Positions 23,099-35,191 of a stretch of DNA of 46,285 nt are shown one piece after another (the first letter of the stretch is position 1; each line of letters begins with the position of its first letter). A program made the position numbers and the translations under genes. The notes beneath the pieces were generated by a model. It saw only the letters and a list, made by a program, of their open reading frames with translations, made no database searches and was not told the origin of the DNA. The DNA is from Callorhinchus milii (Eukaryota), in NCBI RefSeq assembly GCF_018977255.1, contig NW_024705420.1, positions 1 to 46,285 of the forward strand, read 5' to 3'.

Positions 23099-23389
23099 GT
23101 AAGTGTTAATGTGTGTGTGTGTCTGTCTCTCTCTCTGTCACTCTGTCTGTGTGCGTCTCTCTCTCTCTCAGTCTCTCTGTTCTCTCTCCCTCTCCCTCTC
23201 CGTCTCTCTGTGTTAATAATAATCCTTGCGTTTGACCCGACGCCTTATCACGTCTTCGTGAACGTCTCACAGGATATAGTGTAGAAACTGTGTGTTTTGT
23301 GGGCTTTTGTTAAGCGCTCTGGGACGCTACCCAGTGTGAGGGGTGCTGTATAAATGCAAGTTGTTGTTGTCTCTGTCTCTCTCTGTGTC

Positions 23390-24050
23390 GCTCTCTGACT
23401 GTGTGTGTGTGTGTGTGTGTCTCTCTCTCAGTCTCTCTCTGACTGTGTGTGTCTCTCTCTCAGTCTCTCTGACTGTGTGTCTCTCTCTCAGTCTCTCTCT
23501 GACTGTGTGTGTCTCTCTCTCTGACTGTGTGTGTGTCTCTCTATCTCAGTCTCTGTCTGACTGTGTGTGTCTCTCTCTCAGTCTCTGTCTGACTGTGTGT
23601 GTCTCTCTCTCAGTCTCTGTCTGACTGTGTGTGTGTATCTCTCTCTCTCAGTCTCTCTCTGACTGTGTGTCGCATCTCTCTCTCTCAGTCTCTCTCTGAC
23701 TGTGTGTCGCTCTCTCTCAGTCTCTCTCTGACTGTGTGTGTGTCGCTCTCTCTCAGTCTCTGACTGTGTGTGTGTCTCTCTATCTCAGTCTCTGTCTGAC
23801 TGTGTGTGTGTGTGTGTCTCTCTCTCAGTCTCTCCCTGACTGTGTGTGTCTCTCTCTCAGTCTCTCTCTGACTGTGTGTGTGTCGCTCTCTCTCAGTCTC
23901 TCTCTGACTGTGTGTGTCTCTCTCTCTCAGTCTCTGTCTGACTGTGTGTCTTTCTCTCAGTCTCTCTCTGACTGTGTGTGTGTCTCTCTATCTCAGTCTC
24001 TCTCTGACTGTGTGTCGCTCTCTCTCTCAGTCTCTCTCTGACTGTGTATG
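23390..24050. repeat. Minisatellite (CTCAGTCTCTCTCTGACTGTGTG units)
   Basis: Seen directly. Confidence 0.9.
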
Positions 24051-24136
24051 TCTCTCTGTCTCTCTGTGCGTGTGTGTCACTGAGTTGAGCAGTAGTTGGG
24101 GCCGTGAGGGTTATTGTTGGGGTGTGTGAGGCTGTG

Positions 24137-24196
24137 TGAGTAGTGGAGTTCAGAAGCTAATCTTTGGTGATGGAACCAGACTGAATGTTTTACCCA
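24137..24196 (+). CDS. TRAJ: J48 [19 protein letters not shown]
   Basis: 12-RSS, FGxG, GTAAGT. Confidence 0.92.
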
Positions 24197-24444
24197 GTAA
24201 GTCTCTCCCTGTCTCTCCCTCTCTGTTTGTGCGTCTCACTCTACCTCTCTCTCAGTCACCGTCTCCCAATCATCGCTGTCTTCTCTCGCAGTGCGCACAG
24301 TCACTACACTTCACAGTGTGTCCTGGGAAGCGCTTTGAGACGTCTCGAAGACGCGATCAGGCGCCGGGTCAAATGCCAGGATTATTATTATTGTTACCTC
24401 TGTCTCTGTGTGTGTGTGTGTGTGTGTGTGTCTCTGCCTCTCTC

Positions 24445-24492
<48 letters not shown>

Positions 24493-24533
24493 CTGAGGCT
24501 GTGAGGGTTATTGTTGGGGTGTGTGAGGCTGTG

Positions 24534-24599
24534 TGAATACTGGAGCTGGGAGCTACACGCTGGTGTTTGGAGCTGGAACCAGACTGAATGTGTTGCCCA
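24534..24599 (+). CDS. TRAJ: J49 [21 protein letters not shown]
   Basis: 12-RSS, FGxG, GTGAGT. Confidence 0.92.
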
Positions 24600-25234
24600 G
24601 TGAGTAAGCGATGGCGAGATCGATAAACTTACCCGAAGGAAACGTAATAATTAATGACACTCCGTGTGTCACACACAGAGCGAGAGAGAGGGAGAGAGAG
24701 AGAGAGAGAGAGTGAGAAAGGAAGGGGAGTCTGTGCTCAACTACACAGAATTACCTTTAATTACCTTTAATAATAAAAATAATTGCACTTCATATCCCAT
24801 GTAAATCTCCATGAAATCTCCTCAGTCTCTCACTGTCTCTGTGTGTGTGTGTGTCTCTCTCACTCTATCTATCTGTCTGTTTGTGTCTGTCTCTCTCCCT
24901 CAGTCTCTCTCTGTGTGTGTGTGTGTCTCTCACTCTATCTGTCTGTGTCTTGTCTCTCTCTCTCTGTCTCTCTCTGTCGCTGTGTGTGTGTGTCTTGTCT
25001 CTCTGTCTGTTTCTCTGTCTATCTTTCTGTCTGTCTGTCTCTCTCTGTCTCTGTGTGTGTGTGTGTCTCTCTCTCTTTATCTATCTGTTTGTGTCTGTCT
25101 TTCTCCCTCAGTCTCTGTGTGTGTGTGTGTTGTGTGTGTGTCTCTCGCTCTGTCTGTCACTGTGTGTGTCTGTGTGGCCGAGTTGAGCAGTAGTTGGGGC
25201 TGTGAGGGTTATTGTTGGGGGGTGTGAGGCTGTG

Positions 25235-25297
25235 TGAATATTGGAGGTGGTCAGAAGCTTATCTTTGGAGCTGGAACCAGACTGAATGTGTTACCCA
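25235..25297 (+). CDS. TRAJ: J50 [20 protein letters not shown]
   Basis: 12-RSS, FGxG, GTAAGT. Confidence 0.92.
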
Positions 25298-25570
25298 GTA
25301 AGTGATCAGGAGATGAGGTTTGGACTCCGAGCAGAGACTGGATCGATTAATAGTTATAATCCTTTTTATTATCAATAGTAATCTTTGCATTTGGTAAAGC
25401 GTAAAATCTCTGTCTCTCTCTCTGTGTGTCTGTCTCTCTCTGTCTGTCTCTCTGTCTGTGTGTGTGTGTGTGTGTGTGTATCTCTCTCTCTGTCTCTGTG
25501 TGTCTGTGTGTGGCCGAGTTGAGCAGTAGTTGGGGCTGTGAGGGTTATTGTTGGGGGGTGTGAGGCTGTG

Positions 25571-25633
25571 TGAATACTGGAGGTGGTCGGCAGCTTATCT
25601 TTGGAGCTGGAACCAGACTGAATGTGTTACCCA
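25571..25633 (+). CDS. TRAJ: J51 [20 protein letters not shown]
   Basis: 12-RSS, FGxG, GTAAGT. Confidence 0.92.
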
Positions 25634-26253
25634 GTAAGTAAGCGATGGCGAGATCGGTAAACATAACCCAGTAATCGTAATAATTAATGGCACTGTGTGT
25701 GCGACACACAGAGAGCGCGAGAGAGAGAGAGAGAGAGAGAGAATAAGGGGGTGGGGGGGGAGAGAGAGAAAGAAAGGAGAGGAGAGAGAAACAAGAAGAG
25801 AGAGAGAGTGTGAAAACAAGAGCAATGTGGGCGAGGGAAGGAAGGAATGAAGGAAGAGCGTTTGGCCCACAGAGCACACAGTCACTACACCTTACGGTGT
25901 ATCCTGCGAAGCGCTTTGAGACCGCAACAACAGCAAAATTACGTTTTATAGGGCGCCTTTCACGTCGGGAGGACGTCCCAAAGGGCGAGGACGTGGCAAA
26001 GAGCTGTGTCAAATGCGCAGGGATTATTATTATTAGAAAGAAAGAGAGAAAGAAAGAAAGAAAGAGAGAGAGAGAGTGGTTCAGTGAGTGAGTGGGTTAA
26101 TGAGCTGGTTTGTTATTTAGTTAGTTGGTTGGTTGGTGATTTAGTCGGTCGGTGCTCAACTACACCGAGGCAACTTTTAATCACTAATAATAAAAATAAT
26201 CTTGCCTTTTGTATCACGTGTAAATCTCCATGAAATCTCCTCAGTCTCTCTCT

Positions 26254-27028
26254 GTCAGGAACCTCGGCGTTTTGTTTGACCCTGAGCTGTCCTTTCTCCC
26301 TCACATCCGCACCACAACTGGCACCGCCTTCCATCACCTCCGGAATATCGCCAGATTACGGCACTACCTCACCCCTCACGCTGCTGAAACCCTGGTTCAC
26401 GCCTTTGTCACCTCAAGGCTGGACTATGGGAACTCTCTCCTCGCCGGCCTTCCCGCCACCTCCCTCCACAAGCTGCAGGTCATTCAGAACTCTGCAGCTC
26501 GTGTACTGTCCCGCACCAGGCTTCGGGACCACATCACTCCTACCCTCGCTCGCCTCCACTGGCTCCCCATCCCCCAGAGGATTGATTTCAAGATCCTCAT
26601 CCTCACCTACAAGGCCATTCACGGCCTTGCTCCCTCCTACCTCTCCAACCTACTATCCCCTACCTACCTGCCCGTACCCTCCGTTCCTCTGGCTCCGGTC
26701 TGCTCCACGTCCCCCGCCCCAACCGCCCTACTATCGGTGGCCGGGCCTTCAGCCTCTCAGCCCGAGGCTCTGGAACTCCATCCCCCAGTGCCTTCGCCGC
26801 TTCCTCCCTTTCCTCCTTCAAGGCCGGTCTCAAAACCTTTCTCTTTGACCGAGCCTTCAGCTCCCCTCTCGACTCTCTTCCTCCTCCTCGCTCCCTCCCT
26901 TCCCTCCCCTCACCCTGACCATTTCCCCCCAATGCTCGGGTCATGACCCAACTGTGCAGCGCCTTGGGACGTCCTCCTGACGTGAAAGGCGCTCTATAAA
27001 TGGAATCTTGTTGTTGTTGTTGTTGTTG
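26254..27028 (+). mobile_element. 5'-truncated L2-clade LINE (ORF2 C-terminus plus 3' tail)
   Basis: VRNLGVLFD..SRLDYGNSLL..LQVIQNSAAR..HITPTLARLHWLPIPQRIDFK; stem-loop-like tail and (TTG)n end. Confidence 0.92.
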
Positions 27029-27315
27029 TCTCTGTCTCTGTGTGTGTGTGTTTCTCTCTCTATCTATCTGTTTGCGTCTGTCTCTCTCTCTCCCTCAGGT
27101 TGTGTGTGTGTGGGAGAGATTGTGTGTGTGTGTGTGTGTGTATATGTGTGCGTGTCTCTTTTTGAGTGTGCGCGTGTTTCTGGGGTGTGTGTGTGTGTGT
27201 GTGAGTGTGTGAGAGGGAGTGTGTGTCTGTGAGTGTGTCTCTGTGTGTGTCTGTGTGGCCGAGTTGAGCAGTAGTTGGGGCTGTGAGGGTTATTGTTGGG
27301 GGGTGTGAGGCTGTG

Positions 27316-27375
27316 TGAATAGTGGAGGTGGGAGACTGGTGTTTGGAGATGGAACCAAACTGAACGTTGTACCCA
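27316..27375 (+). CDS. TRAJ: J52 NSGGGRLVFGDGTKLNVVP
   Basis: 12-RSS, FGxG, GTAAGT. Confidence 0.92.
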
Positions 27376-27721
27376 GTAAGTCTCTCTATTTGTGTGTTTC
27401 ACTCTCTCTGTATGTGTGTGTGTCTCTCTCTCTCTCTCTGTCTCTCTATATATGCCGCCCACAAAACACACAGTCACTACACTTTACAGCGAGTCCCGTG
27501 AAGCGCTTTGAGACGTCTCGGAAGAGGAGATAAGGCGCCGGGTCAAATAATTATTATTATTTTATTACCTGTGTCTCTCTTTCTGTCTGTCTTTGTCTCT
27601 CCATCTCTGTCTCTCTCGCTCTCTCTCGGTCTCTCTTTCTCTGTCTCGCTCACTTTCTCTCAGTCTCTCTCTCTCTCTCTCTCTCTCTGTGAGGGTTATT
27701 GTTGGGGGGTGTGAGGCTGTG

Positions 27722-27784
27722 TGTATGGTGGAGCTGGGAACAAACTTACCTTTGGAGCTGGAACCAGACTGAATGTGTTACCCA
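27722..27784 (+). CDS. TRAJ: J53 [20 protein letters not shown]
   Basis: 12-RSS, FGxG, GTAAGT. Confidence 0.92.
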
Positions 27785-28055
27785 GTAAGTGATCAGGAGA
27801 TGAGGTTTGGACTCCGAGCAGAGACTGGATCGATTAATAGTTATAATCGTTTTTATTATTAATAGTAATCCTTGCATTTGGTAAAGCGTAAAATCTCTGT
27901 CTCTCTGTCTGTCTCTGTCTGTGTGTGTGTGTGTGTGTGTCTGTCTGTGTGTCTCTCTCTGTCTGCGTGTGTGTCTCTTTCGCAGTCTGTCTCTCTGTCT
28001 GTCTGTGTGTGTCTCTCTCTCTCTGTGTGTCTGTCTGTCTGTGTGTGTGTGTGTA

Positions 28056-28088
<33 letters not shown>

Positions 28089-28145
28089 CTGAGTTGAGCA
28101 GTAGTTGGGGCTGTGAGGGTTATTGTTGGGGGGTGTGAGGCTGTG

Positions 28146-28205
28146 TGAATGATGGATCTCGGAAGCTAACCTTTGGAGACGGAACCAGACTGAATGTTTT
28201 ACCCA
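28146..28205 (+). CDS. TRAJ: J54 [19 protein letters not shown]
   Basis: 12-RSS, FGxG, GTAAGT. Confidence 0.92.
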
Positions 28206-28570
28206 GTAAGTGATCTCTGACCCTGAGAGAAAGAGAGAGAGAGAGAAATCAAAAGGCAATAATAATCCTTTCACTCGACCCAGCATTGCACTTGTAAAGC
28301 GCACCCAAAAACACACAGTCACCGCACTTCACGGCGTGTCCTGCGAAGCGCTTTGAGACGTCTCGAAGACGTGATCAGGCGCCGGGTCGAACCCCGGGGT
28401 TATTATGTGTTTAATGCAAGGATTACGCCGTGTGTTTTGGGGGCGAAACGCGGCAGCTAATTAATTGCGCACAATATTAATGCAATACTAACCTCACACC
28501 TGACTCGCGGCAAAGTGTAGTGACTGTGCCTTTAGTGGGGCAGGTTATTGTCGGGGTGCGTGAGGCTGTG

Positions 28571-28630
28571 GGTCTAGTGGGAACGACAAGCTGGTGTTTG
28601 GAGGTGGAACCAGACTGAATGTGTTACCCA
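28571..28630 (+). CDS. TRAJ: J55 [19 protein letters not shown]
   Basis: 12-RSS, FGxG, GTAAGT. Confidence 0.92.
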
Positions 28631-29119
28631 GTAAGTAAGCGATGGCGAGATCGGTAAACACAACCCAGTAATCGTAATAATTAATGGCACTGTGTGTGTG
28701 AGAGAGAGAGAGAAAGAAAGAGAGAGAGAAAGAAAGAGAGAGAGAGAAAAAAGGAGAGAGAGAGAGAGAAAGAGAATGTGAAAAAGAGAAACGGGGGAAG
28801 AGAGAGTCCGAAGGGCGGGAGAGAGATCCAGCTCCTTATCAAATCTTCGAGACCTTCTCGAAGCGCTTCACAGGACACGCTGTAAAGTGTAGTGACTGTG
28901 TGTTTGGTGGGCGAAACGCGACAGCCAGTTACACCCAACGACGTCCCCACAAACAGCCGCGGGTTGCTTTGGTATTGCTTTGGTTCGGTATTCGGTCAGT
29001 TTGCGACCCACTGCACAGAAGCACCTTATAATTATAAATAATAAAAATAATCACGCATTTCACATCACGTCTGGACCTCCATCTGTCTCGGTCTGTTTCT
29101 ATGTGTGTGTGTGTGCGTG

Positions 29120-29655
29120 TCTCTCTCTGAATCTGTCTCTCTCATTCTCTCTCTCTCTCTCTGTCTATTTCTGTGTGTGTGTGTCTCTCAATCTCTCTCT
29201 CTGTCCGTGTGAGTGCGTCTCTCTCTCAGTTTGTCTCTCTCTGTGTCTCTCTCTCAATCTGTCTCTCTCAATCCGTCTGTCTCTCAATCTGTGTGAGTGT
29301 GTCTCTTCTCTCAATCTGTCTCTCTCTGTGTCTCTCAATCTCTCTCTGTCTGTGTGAGTGCGTCTCTCTCTCAATCTGTCTCTCAATCTGTCTGTGTGAG
29401 TGTGTCTCTTCTCAATCTGTCTCTCTCTGTGTGTCTCTCTGAGTGCGTCTCTCTCTCAATCTGTCTCTCTCTGTCTGTGTGAGTGTCTCTCTCTCTCAAT
29501 CTGTCTCTCTCTGTGTCTCTCTCAATCTCACTCTGTCTGTCTGTGTGTGTGTGTCTCTCAATCTCTCTCTCTGTCTCTCTCAATCTCTGTCAGTCTCTCT
29601 CTGTGTCTGTGTCTCTCTATATATCTTTCTCTCGGTCTCTGTGTCTCTCTCTGTC
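29120..29655. repeat. CTCTCAATCTG-core minisatellite
   Basis: Seen directly. Confidence 0.85.
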
Positions 29656-29744
29656 TCCCCTGAACTGATAAAGACAAATAGTGTGTGTGTGTGTGTGTGT
29701 AAGATGGGGCTGTGAGGGTTATTGTTGGGGTGTGTGAGGCTGTG

Positions 29745-29804
29745 TGAATACTGGGAACACCGGGCTAATCTTTGGAGATGGAACCAGACTAAATGTTTTA
29801 CCCA
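29745..29804 (+). CDS. TRAJ: J56 [19 protein letters not shown]
   Basis: 12-RSS, FGxG, GTGAGT. Confidence 0.92.
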
Positions 29805-30097
29805 GTGAGTACTGAGTGAGTGAGCGATCGAGCGAGTGGGTCAATTAATGGGTTAGTGAGTTGGTTTGTTTGTTATTTGGTTGGAGATATATATATATAT
29901 ATTGTACGTGTGCATCCATAGTAATAATAATCGTTGCATTTGATCCAACGCCTTATTACGTTGTCGAGACGTCTCAAAGCGCTTCACAGGATACACCGTA
30001 AAGTGTAGTGACTGTTTTGTGGCCATAACTTGGTGTGTCTCTCTCTCACTGTGTCTCTCTGTGTCCCTGGGAGGTGAGGTGTGGCAACTGAGCCGGG

Positions 30098-30190
30098 CTC
30101 CCTCACGTACCTCTCCAGCTTCCCCTCGAATACATCTGTGCCGTTCGCCTCCGCCACTCCTTGCGGGAGCGGGTTCCGCATTCCCGCTAC
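30098..30190 (-). mobile_element. Short CR1 ORF2 C-terminal fragment
   Basis: MRNPLPQGVAEANGTDVFEGKLERYVRE resembles the CR1 WNxLPxxVVEAxSxxxFKxxLD motif. Confidence 0.65.
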
Positions 30191-30332
30191 TCCCCCTGTG
30201 AGGACATTTCTTCTCCCGTCCCTATTTGATCGGCCGGTGACTGTGTGGTAATGATGGCCCCCCCCGGGTGCTGGGCTCCCAAAGAGGCAGAGGTGAAACC
30301 CAGAGGTTTACGTTGGGGTGGGTGAGGCTGTG

Positions 30333-30395
30333 GGTATGGTGGAGGCAATAACAAGCTGGTGTTTGGCGATGGAACCAGACTCCGTGTTTTACCCA
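30333..30395 (+). CDS. TRAJ: J57 [20 protein letters not shown]
   Basis: 12-RSS GGTTTACGT, FGxG, GTAGGT. Confidence 0.9.
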
Positions 30396-30419
30396 GTAGG
30401 TGATCATCCGTGTGCGAGA

Positions 30420-30692
30420 GAGTGTGTGTGTCTGTCTGTGTCTCTCTATTTGTGTATCTGACTCTCTGTGTCACTGTGTGTGTGTGTGTGTCTGTCTGTC
30501 TCTCTCTATTTGAGTATCTGTGTGTGTGTGTGTGTGTCTCTCTTTCTCTATTTGTGTATCTGACTCTCTCTGTGTCACTGTGTGTGTCTGTCTGTCTGTC
30601 TGTCTGTGTCTCTCTATTTGTGTATATGACTTTGTGTCACTGTGTGTGTGTGTGTGTCTGTCTCTCTCTATTTGTGTGTATGACTTTGTGTC

Positions 30693-30726
<34 letters not shown>

Positions 30727-31005
30727 TGTCTGTCTCTCTCTATTTGAGTGTCTGTGTGTGTGTGTGTGTGTCTCTCTCTATTTGTGTATCTGACTCTCTG
30801 TCACTGTGTGTGTGTGTGTCTGTCTCTCTCTATTTGTGTATTATGACTCTGTGTCACTGTGTGTGTGTGTCTCTCTTTCTCTATTTGTGTATCTGACTCT
30901 CTGTGTCACTGTGTGTGTGTGTGTGTGTCTGTCTGTCTCTCTCTATTTGTGTATCTGACTCTCTCTGTGTCACTGTGCGTGTGTATGTGTGTGTGTGTCT
31001 CTCTC
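30420..31005. repeat. Minisatellite (CTATTTGTGTATCTGACTCTCTGTGTCACTGTG units)
   Basis: Seen directly. Confidence 0.88.
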
Positions 31006-31275
31006 TCCCTCTAGGTTTCGCCCACAGAAACACACAGCGTATCTATCCCGTGAAGCGCTTTGAGACGCCTCGAAGACGTGATAAGGCGCCGGGTCAAATC
31101 CCCAGGATTACTATTATTGTTTTTATTAAGCGCTCTGGGACCCTCCCCTGCGTGAGAGGCACCACATAAATGCAAGTTGTTGTCTGTCTCTGTGTGTGTG
31201 TGTGTGTGTGTGTGTGGGTGAGTTGAGCAGTAAGTTGGGGCCGTGAGGGTTATTGTTGGGGGGTGTGAGGCTGTG

Positions 31276-31338
31276 TGAATGATGGAAGCGCTTACAAGTT
31301 AATCTTCGGCGATGGAACCAGACTGAATGTCGTACCCA
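31276..31338 (+). CDS. TRAJ: J58 [20 protein letters not shown]
   Basis: 12-RSS, FGxG, GTGAGT. Confidence 0.92.
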
Positions 31339-31536
31339 GTGAGTAAGAGATCAGTGTCTCCCTCTCACAGTCTTATCCTAATCCGAGAATAATAATACCG
31401 GGGTTTGACCCGGCGTCTTAGCACGGCGTTCGTCCAGACATCTCAAAGCACTTCACGGGACGCGCTGTGAAGTGCAGTGACTCTGTGTGTTTTGTGGGTC
31501 TCTCTCTTTCGCTTTCTTAATCTCTCTCTCACACAG

Positions 31537-31575
<39 letters not shown>

Positions 31576-31658
31576 GTGTGTCTCAGTCTCTGTGTGTGTG
31601 TGTGTGTGTGTAAACTGGGGGTGGGGGGTGCGTTATTGTTAGGGTGTGTGAGGCTGTG

Positions 31659-31721
31659 TGTCTGATGGCTATGGGAACAAGCTCATGTTTGGAGATGGAA
31701 CCAGACTGAATGTTTTACCCA
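31659..31721 (+). CDS. TRAJ: J59 [20 protein letters not shown]
   Basis: 12-RSS with nonamer CGTTATTGT, FGxG, GTAAGT. Confidence 0.9.
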
Positions 31722-32006
31722 GTAAGTCTCTCTCTGTATCTCTCTCACTCTCTGTGAATATATATATATATGTGTGTGTGTGTATATATGTAAAAAAATA
31801 TTGCCCACAAAGCACACAGTAACTGCACACCCCAACAAAAACACGTGAAGCGCTTCGAGACGTCTCGACGACGTGATAAGGCGCCGCCGGGTCGAACCCC
31901 GGGATTATTGTTTTATCCTCTCGGTCTCGGGTTTCTGTCTGTCCCTCTCCACCTCCGTCTCTCTCACCTCTCCCTGAGGGTTATTGTTAGGGAGCGCGAG
32001 GCTGTG

Positions 32007-32062
32007 CGCATCTGGGAGCAGGATGGTGTTTGGGGGTGGAACCAGACTGAATGTTTTACCCA
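32007..32062 (+). CDS. TRAJ: J60 [18 protein letters not shown]
   Basis: 12-RSS, FGxG, GTAAGT. Confidence 0.9.
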
Positions 32063-32417
32063 GTAAGTCTCTCTCTCTCTCCCTCTCTCTGTGCGGTCTC
32101 ACTGTGTTTGTGTGTCTCTGTCTCCCCCTCTGCGTTAATAATAATAACAATAATAATCCTGGCACCTGACCCAGAGCCCTATCACGTCTTCGAGACGTCT
32201 CAAAGCGTCCAGGACGCTGTATCGTGTAGTGACTGTGTTTTGTGGGCGAAACTTGGTCTCTCTCTGTCTCTCTCTCTCTCTCTTCGTCTCTCTGTGTGTT
32301 CTATGTCTCTGTTTGTCTGTATGTGTGTGTCTGTGTGTGTGTGTACTTCTCTGTGTGTGTGTGTGTGTGTGTGTAACTGGGGCTATGAGGGTTATTGTTG
32401 GGGTGCGTGAGGCTGTG

Positions 32418-32480
32418 TGAGTTCTGGGAACAGTCGGAAATTATTCTTTGGAGCTGGAACCAGACTGAATGTGTTACCCA
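32418..32480 (+). CDS. TRAJ: J61 [20 protein letters not shown]
   Basis: 12-RSS, FGxG, GTAAGT. Confidence 0.92.
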
Positions 32481-33171
32481 GTAAGTAAGAGGTGGTGATC
32501 GATAAACATACTCCAGTAAACGTAATAATTAGTGACACAGAGAGTGAGAGAGAGAGAGAGCATGAAAAAGAGAGAGGGAAGGAGGGAGAAAGAAAGGATG
32601 AGAGAGGCGGGCAGGAGAAAGAAACGAGAAAAGAGAGTGTGTGGAAAAGGGGGAGAGAGAAGGAGAAGGGTAGAGAGAGAAAGCATGAGAGAGAGAGAGA
32701 GAGAGAGAGAGGGGGAGGGATGGAGGGAGAATGAAGGAAGGAAAGAGTGAGAAAAAGAGGAAAGAAAGAGAGACACACACAAAGATGGAGGGAGAGGTAG
32801 AGAGAGAAAGAGAGAGAGAGAGAGTCAGTAAAGTGTGATGTGGGTTATGTGTGTGTGTGAGAGAGAGAGAAATATAAACGATAATCCTGGCGTGTGACCC
32901 GGCGCCTCATCACGTCGTCGAGACGTCTCAAAGCGCTCCGCAGGACACACTAAAGTGTAGTGACTGTGTGTTCTGTGGGGGAAACTAGATGCTGTGTCCC
33001 CCACATAGGATTTCCCAACAGAAATCCGTCTGGTTTGAAAGAGAGAAAAAGACGATTGAGAAGGGGAGAGAGAGAGAGAGAGCGCGAGAAGGCGACGGAG
33101 AGAGAGGTAGAGAGAGAGAGAGAGTGAGAGAGGGGGTGAGGGGGGTTTGTGTTGGGGGGTGTCAGGCTGTG

Positions 33172-33234
33172 TGGATGGTGGAGGCGACCGGAAATTAATC
33201 TTTGGAGCTGGAACCGGACTGAATGTGTTACCCA
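33172..33234 (+). CDS. TRAJ: J62 DGGGDRKLIFGAGTGLNVLP
   Basis: 12-RSS with nonamer GGTTTGTGT, FGxG, GTGAGT. Confidence 0.9.
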
Positions 33235-33348
33235 GTGAGTCATCCTCTGTGTGAGTTACTCAGTCGGTCAGCGACAACGACGCCGAAGCAGCTTTTAATC
33301 ATCGATAATAAAATAATTGTGTATTTCGCAACACACATAAATCCCCCA

Positions 33349-33471
<123 letters not shown>

Positions 33472-33697
33472 GTCTCACGCTCTCGGTGTCTCTGTCTCTC
33501 TTTATGTCTGTGTGTGTGTGTATCTCTCGCTCTGTCTAGATGTGTGCGTGTCTCTGTGTGCGTGATGTGTGTCTCTGTCTGCGTATGTCTCTCTCTCTGT
33601 GTCTGTCTGTGTGAGTTTGTGTCTCTGTGTGTGTCTGACTGTGTGTGTAAGTTGTGTGTGTGTCTCTCTCTCTGTCACTCTGTCTCTCTGTGTCTCT

Positions 33698-33717
33698 CAG
33701 ACTGAATGTTTTACCCA
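33698..33717 (+). pseudogene. TRAJ: J relic, 3' end only (RLNVLP), no RSS or donor
   Basis: CAGACTGAATGTTTTACCCA directly after a satellite. Confidence 0.7.
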
Positions 33718-34133
33718 ATCACTCACTGTTCGTGTGAGTGAGGGTGTGATTTGGTCATTGAGTTAGTGAGTTGGTTAGTTGGTTATTTGGTTAGTTATGT
33801 ATATAATAATAATAATAATAATAATAATCCTGGCACTTGACCCGGCGCCTTATCACGTCGTTGAGACGTCTGAAAGCGCTTCACAGGATACACTGAAGTG
33901 TAGTGACTGTGTGTCTTGTGGATGAAACTTGACTCTCTCTCTCAGTCTCTGTGTCTCTCCCTCTCTATCTCTCTCTTTCTCCGTATCTGTGTGTGTGTGT
34001 CTCTCTGTCTGTCTGAGGGCGATCTGTATGTGGATTTAGCTGAGGGTCTAGAAATCGATCCCCTCGGAGGGAGAGAGGGAGAAACTGAGCTAAAAATTTC
34101 TGACGGGTTATTGTTGGGGTGCGTGAGGCTGTG

Positions 34134-34196
34134 TGAATACTGGAGGTGGTTACAGGATGGTGTTTGGAGATGGAACCAGACTGAATGTTTTACCCA
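34134..34196 (+). CDS. TRAJ: J63 [20 protein letters not shown]
   Basis: 12-RSS, FGxG, GTAAGT. Confidence 0.92.
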
Positions 34197-34764
34197 GTAA
34201 GTCTCTGTATGTCTCTTTCTTTCTTTCTCTCTCTCTCTCTCTACACACATATATATATAATAATAATAACCCCGGCGTTTGACCCGGCGCCTGATCACGT
34301 CTTCGAGGCGTCTCAAAGCGCTTCACTGGATACGCTGTAAAGTTTCGTGACTTTGTTTTGTGGGCGAAACTTGGTCTGTGTGTGTGTGTGTGTGTCTCTC
34401 TCTCCAACTCTCTTTATTGATCTGTGTGTGTGTCTCTCTCTCTCTTTGTGTGTGTGTTGCTCTCTCTCTTGGTCTGTGTGTGTGTGTGTCGCTCTCTCTC
34501 CAGCTCTCTCTCTTGGTCTGTGTGTGTGTGTGTCTCTCTCCAACTCTCTCTATTGATCTGTGTGTGTGTGTGTGTGTCTGTCTCTCTCTTGGTCTGTGTG
34601 TGTGTGTGTGTCTCCAACTCTCTCTATTGATCTGTGTGTGTGTGTGTGTGTGTGTGTCTGTCTCTCTCTTGGTCTGTGCGTGTGTGTGTGTCTCTCTCTC
34701 TGTCTGCATCTCTCTCTCAGCCGGTGTCTCTCTTCCCCAGTCTCTCTCTCTTGTCTCCCGTTGT

Positions 34765-34990
34765 TCTGCATCATTAACACCTCTTTCGCCCATCGGCCCC
34801 GTCCTCTACCCCGTTTCCTCCTTTCTCTTCCGCACCCTGCCTTACCCCCCCCTCGCTCCGTTGGCCCTTCAAAGCCTCTCCCTCCCAACATGGCCCCAGG
34901 TCCGACCAAGGGTTGTGAACCCGAAACATCGACGTGCTTCCCTCTCCCCGTAGATGCTGCTGAGTGTTCCCAGCCGCTTCGGCTTTTGTT
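34765..34990 (+). mobile_element. Probable Penelope-like element terminal fragment
   Basis: CCGACCAAGGGT..ACCCGAAACATCGAC..CCTCTCC..AGATGCTGCTGAG resembles my recollection of chondrichthyan Penelope termini; not searched. Confidence 0.5.
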
Positions 34991-35131
34991 TCTCTCTGTC
35001 TCTCGCTTTCTCCCCTGAACTGATAAAGACAGAACTAATTATGTGTGTGTGTGTGTGTGTGTAAGAGAGAGTGTGTGTGTGTGTGTGTATCTGGGGCTGT
35101 GAGGGTTATTGTTGGGGTGTGTGAGACTGTG

Positions 35132-35191
35132 TGAATAGTGGAACTGGGAGACTGGTGTTTGGAGATGGAACCAGACTGAATGTTTTACCCA
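35132..35191 (+). CDS. TRAJ: J64 [19 protein letters not shown]
   Basis: 12-RSS with heptamer GACTGTG, FGxG, GTAAGT. Confidence 0.92.

Noticed and set aside
26230..26946. 238-aa ORF as a host gene or a dedicated reverse transcriptase
   Set aside because: It is only the C-terminal end of an L2 ORF2, frameshifted and without the catalytic core
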